Of a stretch of 64,000 bases of DNA, positions 39,958-51,409 are shown one piece after another. The translations under genes were made by a program, and so were the position numbers. Under the pieces are notes generated by a model. It was not told the DNA's origin, ran no database searches, and was given only the letters and a program-made list of their open reading frames with translations. Source of the DNA: Octopus vulgaris (lineage: Eukaryota); assembly GCA_951406725.2 (NCBI GenBank), contig OX597824.1, positions 35,526,001 to 35,590,000 on the forward strand, in the 5' to 3' direction. The number at the start of each line of letters is the position of its first letter. Positions within the stretch are counted from its first letter, which is position 1.

Positions 39958-40849
39958 GCCAGTTACGTCCCCATAACTTAGCGGTTCGGCAAAAGAGACC
40001 GATAGAATAAGTACTAGGCTTACAAAGAATAAGTCCTGGGGTCGATTTGCTCGTCTAAAGGCGGTGCTCCAGCATGGCCACAGTCAAATGACTGAAACAA
40101 ATAAAAGAATAAAAAAAATAGAGGGAAAAGCCCCTCAAGGGCGACCAAGGGACCTACAGATCCAAACTCACCCTACGCACAAGGAATACCATGGCAAATG
40201 CACCTCTTTCCGTTGTATTTTTCAGCTCTGGCCGTTCTCGTTACGTTCACCCACTGTTTTAAACATTTACTGAGGAGATGGAAGCAGCGTCTCCCTCTCC
40301 ACTTCACTTTCCTTTCCAAGTGGAGCTTGAAAAAATACAATGAGGACAAGGCTGCAAAGGAAAGCGTCTGTCTTCAGTCCTTTCAGTCGTGCCCACTACA
40401 AAATCTTTTTCACCATAGCCACTAGAGGAAATCTGCCTGTACTTCGCGATCAAAAGAAGGCTACAGGGCAATCTTCATGATAGAGTCGGCTTATAACTGC
40501 ATCCGACCGACACGTGATAGCAGCTGTTCGATATAATCCCGTAAGTAATCAATTGCTCAAGCACTATGCGACCGCGTGCAGAACGGTTTCGTCACTCTGC
40601 GCACATGTCGGGCAAATCTGATTGACAATGTTTCCATGCCTGTAGAGTCTATTCCGAACCAGCAATGCCACTTGGTAGTACTATCAGATTTTAGACAATC
40701 ATCTACGGGCACAGGCACGAAAGTCGAAAAACATCACCCAATTCATCCATACCGAAAGTTGCCTCGAGACGTCATTGCATTTACCCACCACTATTTCTCT
40801 ATAGAACACCATAATGGAACATACCGACCGTATTGGCTGACCAGCTGAG

Positions 40850-41225
40850 AGCTGTGATCAGAGGTGAAGATTTTGGCCAGAGGTTAGCGCTTGTAATCGG
40901 TAGATGCAGCTTAAACATACGCCATACCCAATAGGTGTATCCACGACAACCTTCTCTTCACGCAAGACATCATAGAAAGGATGAGGTAATGAACCTGGTA
41001 TGCGTGGGGTCATGATGAATTTAGATCAGACGAAAGCTTCCGATAGGGTTGACCATCATCAATTCCTTGCGGTGGGCCTCGAGGCGACTAGTTTTGGGCC
41101 CGCCTTCAGAAGCTGGATCGCTGCAATATACAGTGATATTTACTCAGTGGTCAGAGTAGTAAATGGCTCCTTGTCGGAACCGTCCTGTATTATGTGTTTG
41201 GTCCGTCAGGGATGCCCATTCTTCT
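40850..41225 (+). pseudogene. Degraded L1/Tx1-clade reverse transcriptase fragment
   Basis: NLDQTKASDRVDH..FL...L...FGPAFRSWIAAIYSD..SVVRV.NGSLSEP....VRQGCPF matches LDQEKAFDRVDH...GVRQGCPLS. Confidence 0.75.
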
Positions 41226-41644
41226 GATGGGTAAATCCGGGTTTACTTTACTGAATAAAGAATATTTTCGAGAATGTAAATCCAAAACAATTACAAAGAA
41301 TACGGAGACTGATACATCCTTTTTTTTCTTTTAATCTTAACAGCTACTTATACAACATACTAGAATACCTGTGACCCGTTAGGTCAATGACGGTTCAGGT
41401 TATAAAACATTGAAGCTGATTTCAACATTGCATTGAAATGAAATTTAATTTTATGATGATTCAGTAAAATATTGCAATTCGTTCGTGTCATTCTAGGTCT
41501 GGTTTACAAGTTCATGTTTTAAGGTTTTATTGATTATTTACAGCATCTAATGGAAATAGAATCTCTTGGATAAACTCTAGTAATAGCATTTATTTATGGC
41601 ATATGTGCACACTTCTACAAAACCGCAAAAGGAATTGTTATATA

Positions 41645-41858
41645 CAGTTCTATATTTAAGAGATGAGCAATTTTGTACATTATTTACATTATTTATATTT
41701 GAAGAATATTTGTCCTCATCTTGTTTGTTGTTAACACGTTTCGGCTGATATACTCTCCAGGCTTCTTCAGATGTCTTGAGCGCAGTGCTTAAGAGCGCGG
41801 GCTACTAACCCCAAGATTCCGAGTTCGATTCCAGGCAGTGTATTGAATAATAATAATG

Positions 41859-41909
<51 letters not shown>

Positions 41910-42062
41910 GCATCGAAAAATACCTTTGGAATGAGAACCTAGGCTCGAAATTTCCCCAAGACACCTGATGAAGGCTGGAGGGTATATCAGCCGAAACGTG
42001 TTAACAGCAAACAAGATGAGGACAAATATTCGTCAAATGTAAATAATGGAATTGTTACATAA
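41645..42062 (+). mobile_element. Composite element: inverted hammerhead-like arm, tRNA-derived head, (AAT)n, hammerhead-like arm
   Basis: B box GAGTTCGATTCC at 41821-41832. CTGATGA-A-GGCTG..CAGCC-GAAAC at 41965-41997. Inverted copy with CTGAAGA at 41733-41774. Confidence 0.7.
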
Positions 42063-42210
42063 CATAATCATTAAAAATAAATGGAAACAATTTTCACTGT
42101 ATTATATATTCACATTTCAGGGTTATGTTACTTTCGGAGTATTTTCCCATTATGCGCCGTTTTGGCAATTTAAGAAGATACCCCAGGAAACCGCGTATAT
42201 TAATTTTTTG

Positions 42211-42340
42211 TTTTGTAATGAGATAAAAAAAAACCTAGGCAGTGTAGATTTTAGAACATTTATTGAAAGAAGGTCTTACAGGTGTTTCTGTAAACGTTCT
42301 AAAATCTATACTGCCTTGGTTTTTTATTTCATTACAAAAA
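42211..42340. repeat. Inverted repeat with ~50-bp arms (MITE-like)
   Basis: GGCAGTGTAGATTTTAGAAC versus GTTCTAAAATCTATACTGCC, extending to TTTTGTAATGA/TCATTACAAAA. Confidence 0.8.
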
Positions 42341-42496
42341 AAATTTTTTATATAGACACGCTGACATATGACCAACGTTAAACCCCTTATTCGCATAATC
42401 ACCGAACTTGGAACTTAACTACGGTCCATCTATAGCACTTATTCAGCATTATCTGACACCTTTGGGTCTCAATGACACCATTACCTATCATAATCT

Positions 42497-42529
<33 letters not shown>

Positions 42530-44896
42530 CTTCTTTCAGTTTCTACCAAATCCACTCAAAAGGCTTTGATCAGCCCGAGGCATTTGGTAGAAAGCGCTTA
42601 CTCAAGATACCACGCGATGGAACCGAACCTGGTACCATGTGGTTGCGAAGCAAACTTCTTACCACACAGCTACGAACACTTAATAATAGTTTAGCTTTAC
42701 CCAACTCGGTTTCAAAATCAAATCCATCTCAAGTTACTAAAATCTACGTGAGCGATCGATCTTACGCAAATACCAGCCAGATATCCCTTTAATTTCACTT
42801 GACCATTTTAAGAAAAATACGGTACATTTCATAATGTAATCTTAGAGATTCTTAATTAAAAGCTGGGTAAGTCATGGTCAGAAGGCTCCAAATGAAGGTT
42901 TTTTTTAAAAAAAGAGGTAGTAGTTTATATAGTAGTCATCTGATAGGCTTGTTCGCAGTTTCCATACACTCGATCCTACTCATAATACTGGAGCTGACCC
43001 ACATCAGTGATTTAAAATGCATGCCCAAGATGCCGCAGAGTGAAATTGAACCGAAATCTTCGTGACTGTGTGTCTATGTTTATGCCTATACCAATGTTTG
43101 TATATACCGTTTGTAAATTGGTGTATCGAGTTAAGCTGCTTTACGGCAAAAGACCACTTAGCCATTCGATAAATAGATACTGATAAAGCGAGTTTTCGAA
43201 ATAAATAAGTACTGGCTTCGGCACGATCATCTAAAACTTTCAAGGTGGGTCTCCCCAACATGGCAGCATCCCAATTACTGAAACCAATAAAAAGATTTCC
43301 CACGAGAATTTTCCAGTAAAATGTTTGACTTTATCTTCGATTTTTCAGTAAAGTCAAGGTATTCATTCAAAGTTGAGTTATTTACTCTGGAGAAGTTAAT
43401 TGTACAATTATTGAGTACTATTCTTTGTCTGGTCTGACAGATGTATGATAAATAATAGTTTTAGCGATGATCATTCCATCTTATATTCAATATACTCAAG
43501 TTTCTGTTATTGAATGTGTTCTTGTTTTCGAAGATGGTTAAATGTAGTTAAAAGGTAATTTGGTTGCTATTTTTGACAAGTTGAATGATCACCGACGGAG
43601 AATTTATATTTTTCGTGGAAAAGTTCTTAAATAACAATATTACTACACTGTTTCTAACATGTATCTACGGGCGGATATTTGTATGAGAAGTCAGCTCACA
43701 ATCCCCCGAGATTTCCAGAAGAGATCCTAACCCTGAATTATTGAAGCACAAGGTAAAAATTACAAATCATCAATCTGTAGTATTTTTTGTAATTCAGCTC
43801 CACATGACTTCAAGTTTCGTGGGCGTAAAGGACACCTCCATCTCAACAGATGTTACTAGAATATAAAAAAATATTACTTTCCGTTTGTTCACCCATTTGT
43901 GTATATACACATATATGCATTGGGGAAAATGGCACTCGCCTATAAGCTGACTACTCAAGTATGGCGAAGATACCGGAATTGTGATGATAACCATCGATTG
44001 AGAATTTTGAAAGAAGTTTCTATGAAACTAGTTCTTAAACATCAAAAGCCTATTTTACTCTGCCCACCAGAATAAAATAGTAATTAACGAGGGCCATGGG
44101 TAGAAAATTTGTTGAGAACTACTGCCCTAAGATATAAAATGCATAACTTATTGGACCTCTTCAGAGGGGTTTTACGTTGTTGCTGTTGTTGTTAAGCCAC
44201 AAGACGGGTAAGAGTGATTAAGTGATGGTCTAGGGCTTAGGGGCGGGAGACCCCAGACCTTGGAAAGAAAAAAAACTTTGGTCGTCTTGTTGTAGTCGAG
44301 GGCTCTTCGTTGACGCCCGACACCACTGGGAGATGGCCCTCGAAGTCGCTGGAAATGGAGATCTCCAGGTCCAAATTCTTGAACGGCTGTTGCTGTTGTT
44401 GTTACTGCTGCTGCTGGGGGTTTGTCTTTTTTTTTTTTTTTTTTAATTATGATGGGCTGCCAGAAACATTTCGGACAAAGCACTTTACGACATTTGGTAG
44501 CAGATCGCTGCGTCCTTCGTTCAAATCCTACCGGAGTCAACTTTGCCGTTCTTCCTTCCGTGGTCAATGAAAATATATGTGTGTCTGTGCGTGCGGGTGT
44601 GTGTGTGTGTGTGTGCGCGCGCGCGTGTGTGTGGATACCATATTTATTCGAGTTTAAGTCGGGCTATTTTATATTTGATTTTACCTGAAAAACTGGGGTA
44701 ACGCTTACGAGCAAATATAGTGTTTGCGTGTACGTAGGTATTTATTTATTTATGCATATTTACAAGTATACATATGCATATGTATATTTATATATACGTA
44801 TTATATATATCATGCATACATACATACATGTGTGTGTATGCATGTATATACATATATATATACATACATGTGTGTGTATATATGTATGTATGTATG

Positions 44897-45101
<205 letters not shown>

Positions 45102-45328
45102 GTGTGTGTGTTTTGTAGATGTGCAATCTCAATGTTCTGTTAGATGCTCAAAGTTAAGTTTCAGCATTTCGGATACACATTATGTAACACGTCTCTGTTA
45201 AACATTTCCTGAACACATCAAAATATTGACACGTTCCTTGTAAAACACGACTTATTCACGCATCTGTGAAACAGGTGATCTCATGCATAAACATACACGC
45301 ACACTCAAAGTCACTCCCACTCACACGT

Positions 45329-45371
<43 letters not shown>

Positions 45372-46184
45372 AGCACAAACATACAAACATACGCAGTACA
45401 CACACGCATGGCAATGCGCAATGACATCTCCCACAGCCTGGAAAGAAATTTGCACTCTAGTTGAAGTCGCCGTCCACGAATAATGTTATTTGGCAGCTTT
45501 CAAGCCTGATATTGTATATATTATGTTCCTTCATTTCTCGCAAATTAGCAATTCTTCAAAAACATAACTAGCAGTCTGAAAGATGTATTGGTGTCGATAT
45601 CATGGACCAAACTGCTGAAGTCAGTGCTTCGCTCGCGCGCACGCACATACATTCATTCATGCATTCACATATATGTACACACATATAGGGCGGCGAGCTG
45701 GCAGAAACGTTAGCACGCCGGGCGAAATGCGTAGCCGTATTTCGTCTGCCGTTAAGTATATATATATATGAGCTTCTTTCAGTTTCCGTCTGCCAAATCT
45801 ACTCACAAGGCTTTGGTGGCCCAAAGCTATAGTAGAAGACACTTGCCTAAGGTGCCACGCAGTGGAACTGAACCCGGAACCATGTGGTTGAGAATTTCGG
45901 ATACACGAAACTACTCAGAAAAGAAAGAACTGAATGCAGCAATAAGTTGGGTGGTTACGAAGGGTTCGGCATCTGTTGGATTTTTTGAAGCAACAATTTT
46001 CCGCGTCCAGCGATCTCTCAAACCACACATATAATGTTGGGGAGGGGCCTATGAAAGCAAAATAGTAAATTCGTGAGCCACAGTAGTACTGTAAGGGTTC
46101 ATGAAAAGATTTTATACTAGATATATTTATGCATTACAAGAAACAGTTATGCTGCTTTTTTCTAACGGTATATATAACTCAATA

Positions 46185-46606
46185 TATAAAAGGCAGAGAG
46201 CTGGCAGAAACGTTAGCACGTCGGGCGAAATGCTTAGCGGTATTTCGTCTGCCGTTACGTTGTGAGTTCAAATTCTGCGGGGGTCGACTTTGCCTTTCAT
46301 CCTTTCGGGGTCGATAAATTAAGTACCAGTTAAGCACTGGGGTCGATGTAATCGACTTAATACCTATGTCTGTCCATGTTTGTCCCCTCTATGTTTAGCC
46401 CCTTGTGGGTAATAAAGAAATAGGTATTTCGTCTGCCGTTACGTTGTGAGTTCAAATTCCGCCGAGGTCGACTTTGCCTTTCATCCTTTCGGGGTCGATA
46501 AATTAAGTACCAGTTAAGCACTGGGGTCGATATAATCGACTTAATACCTATGTCTGTCCATGTTTGTCCCCTCTATGTTTAGCCCCTTGTGGGTAATAAA
46601 GAAATA
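46185..46606 (+). mobile_element. Young SINE family S2 with a tandemly duplicated body and an 18-bp TSD
   Basis: GGTATATATAACTCAATA at 46167-46184 and 46607-46624. Two near-identical ~183-bp bodies. Confidence 0.92.
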
Positions 46607-47519
46607 GGTATATATAACTCAATACGTTTTCAACCACTGAAACCTCGGTCATTAGCTATTGCAAACTTACACAAGCACACGTGGGAAAAACAAAATAGGG
46701 ATTTTGGAAAGAAGTATCCATAAAACTAGCTTTTAACCTTTTAGTATTCAGATTACTCTGTCAAATGCTATGCTTGTTTATTCACATATTTTGAATTAAT
46801 CAAACTCTATCTTGTAGCTTTGAAATTTCGATAGTTTGACTGTTTATGTTTAGACGGACATTGTAGAGTAGGTGTGAGAGGTTGGACCTCGCCAGTTCGA
46901 ATATAAAACAGCTAGAACATTTTGGCCTGATATGGCTGCTTTAAACGCTTATGGGTGAAATAAAAAAAAATGGTTACGAGGGTCCATCAAAATGAGATAG
47001 CAATCAAAGCGGAAAACCATTGGTCTAAATAAAATTGCTTATAGTTGTTGTTTTCCTCATATGAGACATTTCACCGATTTTATTTCATCCTTTCATCCTT
47101 TCGGGGATAGATTAAAGTGAAGTACTCACCCCTCATCCCCTAAAAGCAGATGAGCTGAGGAAGGCGATGAGATCAGAATCAGTAGAGTGTCAGAGGAAAT
47201 GTTTTGCGGTATTTCTTCCGGAGCTTTCAGTTCCAAGTTCAAATTAGCCTGATGAATCGCTTAAAGAAAATACCCACCGCGATCAATTTTGCCTTTCTTC
47301 CCTTCGGAGGTTGATAAAATAAAGTACCAGTCAAATACTAGGGTCGATTGTATCAACTGACTCTCTCCACCAAAATTCTGGACCTTGTGTCTGTATACAC
47401 TTAATAAGATTCTTGGAAACTTCAGTGAGTCTGTTTCTCATGAGTGAACTTTTTCAGTTTGCTTTAACGTTAACTAATGAAATATCTAGAAATAGTAAGA
47501 ATAGTGTCATGTAAGTTAG

Positions 47520-47561
<42 letters not shown>

Positions 47562-47589
47562 CATCATCATAAGAACAATAATAATAACG

Positions 47590-48180
47590 GTTTCATATTT
47601 TGGCGCAAGGCCGTCAATTTTAGGAGAGGGTTAAGACGATTACATCGACCCCAGTACTCGATTAGTACTTCTTTTATCGACCTCGAAAGGATGAAAGATA
47701 CATATTTCTTTATTACCCACAAGGGGCTAAACACAGAGGGGACAAACAAGGACAGACATAGGTATTAAGTCGATTACATCGAACCCAGTGTGTAACTGGT
47801 ATTCATTTTATCGACCCCGAAAGGATGAAAGGCAAAGTCGACCTCGGCGGAATTTGAACTCACAACGTAACGGCAAACGAAATACCACTAAGCATTTCGC
47901 CCGGCGTGCTAACGTTTCTACCAGCTCGCCGCCATGTGCCGAAAGATACAGTCAACCACGGTGGAATTTGAGCTCAGAATGTTGTAAAAATGGAGGAAAT
48001 GCCGCTAAGCATTTTGTCTAGTGTGCTAACGATTTCCCCAGCGCGCCACCTTATTTATAACAATAACTATAATAATAATCCTTTTTACTATAGACACAAG
48101 GTCTGAAACTTTGAGGAAAGGGGAGATAATCGATAACATTGATCTCAGTAATTTACTGATAGTGTTTTCATCGACCCTTG
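47590..48180 (-). mobile_element. Cluster of nested S2 SINEs
   Basis: Repeated S2 homology blocks. Confidence 0.8.
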
Positions 48181-48221
48181 TGCAGTGCTCTTTCCTGCGG
48201 TTCTCTCGGATTTTCAAGAGC

Positions 48222-48703
48222 TCAATAACGACAGTTCCGTTGATTCACTATGCCATTGAGATGAAAATTAGCTTTATCACTCATTAACAAAATGAGGTCG
48301 TCATTTGGCTCAAAAATTGCTTCCATCTGATGTGCGAAGTTAAGCCACTGTACATAGTTCCACGGTTTGAACTGTTGTCCAATGACCAATTGGTACGGGT
48401 GGAAATGCAATACACAGCTTAGCGCTCGATTACAGATACCAAGTTCAGTGGAATGGCTGACGCGTTTCACATTTTCCGGAATCCGTACCGTTCGTGGGCC
48501 CCTAGAGGACTCCTATCCATTAGTGTACTTCGTGTACGAAGTGCATTCACCCAACGTAAGATTGTGTTACGAGTGGGAACAGCCTGATTTCGGTGAATGT
48601 TGAAATGGCGCTGAAACTCACACTGAACTGCTGTGACAGACTCGTTATTTTTCACGTAACTGTCGAAGGCAAACACGCGATGCTCTATCGTCCACAGCAC
48701 CAT
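48222..48703 (-). pseudogene. Frameshifted Tc1/mariner-superfamily transposase remnant (DUF4817-type HTH plus the first catalytic motif)
   Basis: MVLWTIEHRVFAFDSYVKNNESVTAVQCEFQRHFNI..PTRNTILRWV, then LHFHPYQ...MSDKANFHLNGIVNQRNCRY, which resembles FSDEAHFHLNGxVNKQNCRYW. Confidence 0.88.
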
Positions 48704-48720
48704 GGCTTCACCTGAAAAGA

Positions 48721-49250
48721 AAAAAAAGATGCTAAGACACCACAGACCGAATTGTACCTGTCGGTCATATGTCCCTCCCCGCTGGGGCTGAGTAATAGCC
48801 ATTTCAAGGACGTCCGTCCTCTCTACCCCAACAAAAAAATGCTATGACACAAAACCGAATTGTACCTGTCGGTCATATGTCCCTCTCCGCTGGGGCTGAG
48901 TAATAGCCATTTCAAGGACGTCCGTCCTCTCTGCCCCAACAAAAAAATGCTAAGACACCACGGACCGAATGGTACCTGTCGGTCATATGCCCCCCCCCCC
49001 CCGCTGGGGCTGAGTAATAGCCATTTCAAGGACGTCCGTCCTCTCTACCCCAACAAAAAAAATGTTAAGACACCAACGGACCGAATTGTACCTGTCGGTC
49101 ATATGCCCCCCCCCCCCCCCGCTGGGGCTGAGTAATAGCCATTTCAAGGACGTCCGTCCTCTCTACCCCAACAAAAAAATGTTAAGACACCAACGGACCG
49201 AATTGTACCTGTCGGTCATATGTCCCTCCCGTCCTCTCTGCCCCACCCTG
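48721..49250 (-). repeat. Tandem array (~4.7 x ~115 bp) of the transposon's terminal region
   Basis: Units start at about 48721, 48833, 48941, 49055 and 49172. The array ends in a TA|CAGGGTGGGGCAGAGAGGACG terminus at 49250. Confidence 0.9.
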
Positions 49251-49457
49251 TACACAACAGAGTAAATGGTACTGTTTACATGTATTAACATAAATCATAT
49301 TTAATACTAGAGAAACAACAACAACAACAACAACAAAGGAATTGCACGTGCGTTAGGTACGTAGATTTCCGCTTGGTCATACAAATGAAAGCATGCAATA
49401 GCAACAATATTATGAAGAAGAAGAACAACAACAAAAAATAATAATCCTTTTTACTAC

Positions 49458-49965
49458 AGGCGCACGAGTAGCTGTGTGATAAGTAGCTAACTTACCAGCC
49501 ACATGGCTCTGAGTTCAGTTCCACTGCGTGGCACCTTGGGCAAGTGTTTTCTATTATAGCCTTGGGCCGACCAAAGCTTTGTGAATGGATTTGGTAGACG
49601 GAAACTGAAAGAATCCCGTCGTATATATGTATATATATATATAAGTATGTGTGGGTATATGTGTGCGTGTCTTTGTTTGTCCCCCAACATCGCTTAACAA
49701 CCGATGCTGGTTTATTTACGTCCCCGTAACTTAGCGGTTCGGCAAAGAGACCGATAGAATAAGTACTAGGCTTGCCCCCCAACATCGCTTAACAACCGAT
49801 GCTGGTGTGTTTACGTCCCCGTAACTTAGCGGTTCGGCAAAAGAGTACGATAGAATAAGTACTAGGCTTACAAAAAATAAGTCCTGGGGTCGATTTCTTT
49901 GACTAAAGGCGGTGCTCCAGCATGGCCAGAGTCAAATGACTGAAACAAGTAAAAGAGTAAAAGAG
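49458..49965 (+). mobile_element. SINE family S1 with an internal ~95-bp duplication
   Basis: CCCCCAACATCGCTTAACAACCGATGCTGG occurs twice. Confidence 0.9.
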
Positions 49966-50869
49966 TATTGACATAATGCCTGAAATTTTGTGAGAGGTGG
50001 GTTTAGTTGATTATACTGACCCCTGTGTTCAACTAACCGCTATTTCATCGATCCCTAGAGGATGGAAGACTATGTAGTCCTCGGCGGAATTTGAACTCCG
50101 GATCAAATAGTTGACTGGTATTTCATTTTACCGACCATGAAACGAGATAGTAGTGGTGGTGGTGGTGGTGGCGACGGCGGCGGCGGCGGTGGTGATGGTC
50201 TTTTTTGGTTAACTCTACGTCAACCACATGATATAATTTACCTAAGACTACATTATTAAATGTCTCCTCGCTTTTATTTGTTTTCTTTTTGAAGACGATA
50301 ATGTATGACCTGAGAGAGACTTGGCTGCTATTTCTAGCAAGATGAATGACTATATAGAGGCTTCTCATATTGGCACTGAGTGTGGAGAGCGGCAGACTTC
50401 CAGTGTTAAATGGCTGCAGCATAGCAATATTGTTGTTGCCAGATGAAACATTCTCGACTAACATTGTACAACAAGCAATATGTTATTTATGTCTCGTAGC
50501 GTTTGTGTTTGTTTGGTGATGCTATTTAGAGGGTCTCCATTCTTTTTGAATGTCGGTGTTAAAAGTCTGTCATTACTATTTGTGGTAGTTGCTACTATTT
50601 ATATATCTGCCATTGCTGCTTATGTAATTCTTTGCGCTACAGATGTCCGTAATGGGACGAATGATACTTTATGGCTGTTTATTTATTTATTTATTCATTT
50701 ATTTATTTATTTATTTAAGATGTCACTGGCTGGGACATTCACGTTCACAATAGTTTGCGTGTGTATGTGAGAAAGAGAGGGGGAGCAAATGTATATACGT
50801 ATATGTATATACAATACATATATAAACATATATAGATACACACATACACACATATATATATATATATGC

Positions 50870-51060
50870 GTATCGTTAGCTCCTACACGCATTTATTTCT
50901 CTCCTTGTTTCTCTCCTTGTTTTTTTTCTGTGTATCTTTCTGTCGAAGAGCGTAGGCTCGAAACGTAAAAGACTTTTTCTATTCTTGAGCGCTATACTAA
51001 TACATTCGTTTGTTTGTACTCCACCTGCCTTCGTCTTTTGTTTATTTTCGTAAACTTTCC

Positions 51061-51065
<5 letters not shown>
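50870..51065 (+). mobile_element. Family A TA-embedded element, hammerhead-like motif at 50935-50972
   Basis: TCTTT-CTGTCGA-A-GAGC-GTAG-GCTC-GAAA-CG-TA-AAAGA. Confidence 0.7.
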
Positions 51066-51117
<52 letters not shown>

Positions 51118-51409
51118 AGTATATGTATATGCACACACACACACACATACTCATATGTATATTTATACGCATGTATTATGAATATAGGCAGCACCTTGAT
51201 TCTGTGTTCTTTAAAATCTTGTCGTAACCGCGAAAACTGATTTCTGTATTATAATTTAAGAAACGCCCCGACGTCTTTTTTTCTTATTACTTTCTTTCTT
51301 TTATTTATTTATTTATTTATTTATTTATTGTTTGTTTGTTTGTTTGGTAAAGAATACATTGAAATTGAAATATTTATTTAAACTCACACCGCAGAATATT
51401 CATTCATAA

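Noticed and set aside
40120-40400. Minus-strand L1/Tx1 ORF2 C-terminal fragment
   Set aside because: Only weak resemblance and frameshifted; needs a profile search.
41359-41400. Minus-strand Helitron 3' end (hairpin plus CTAG)
   Set aside because: No matching 5' TC terminus could be located.
48721-49250. CRISPR-like regular repeat
   Set aside because: Whole units repeat with no unique spacers, there are no cas genes, and the context is eukaryotic.
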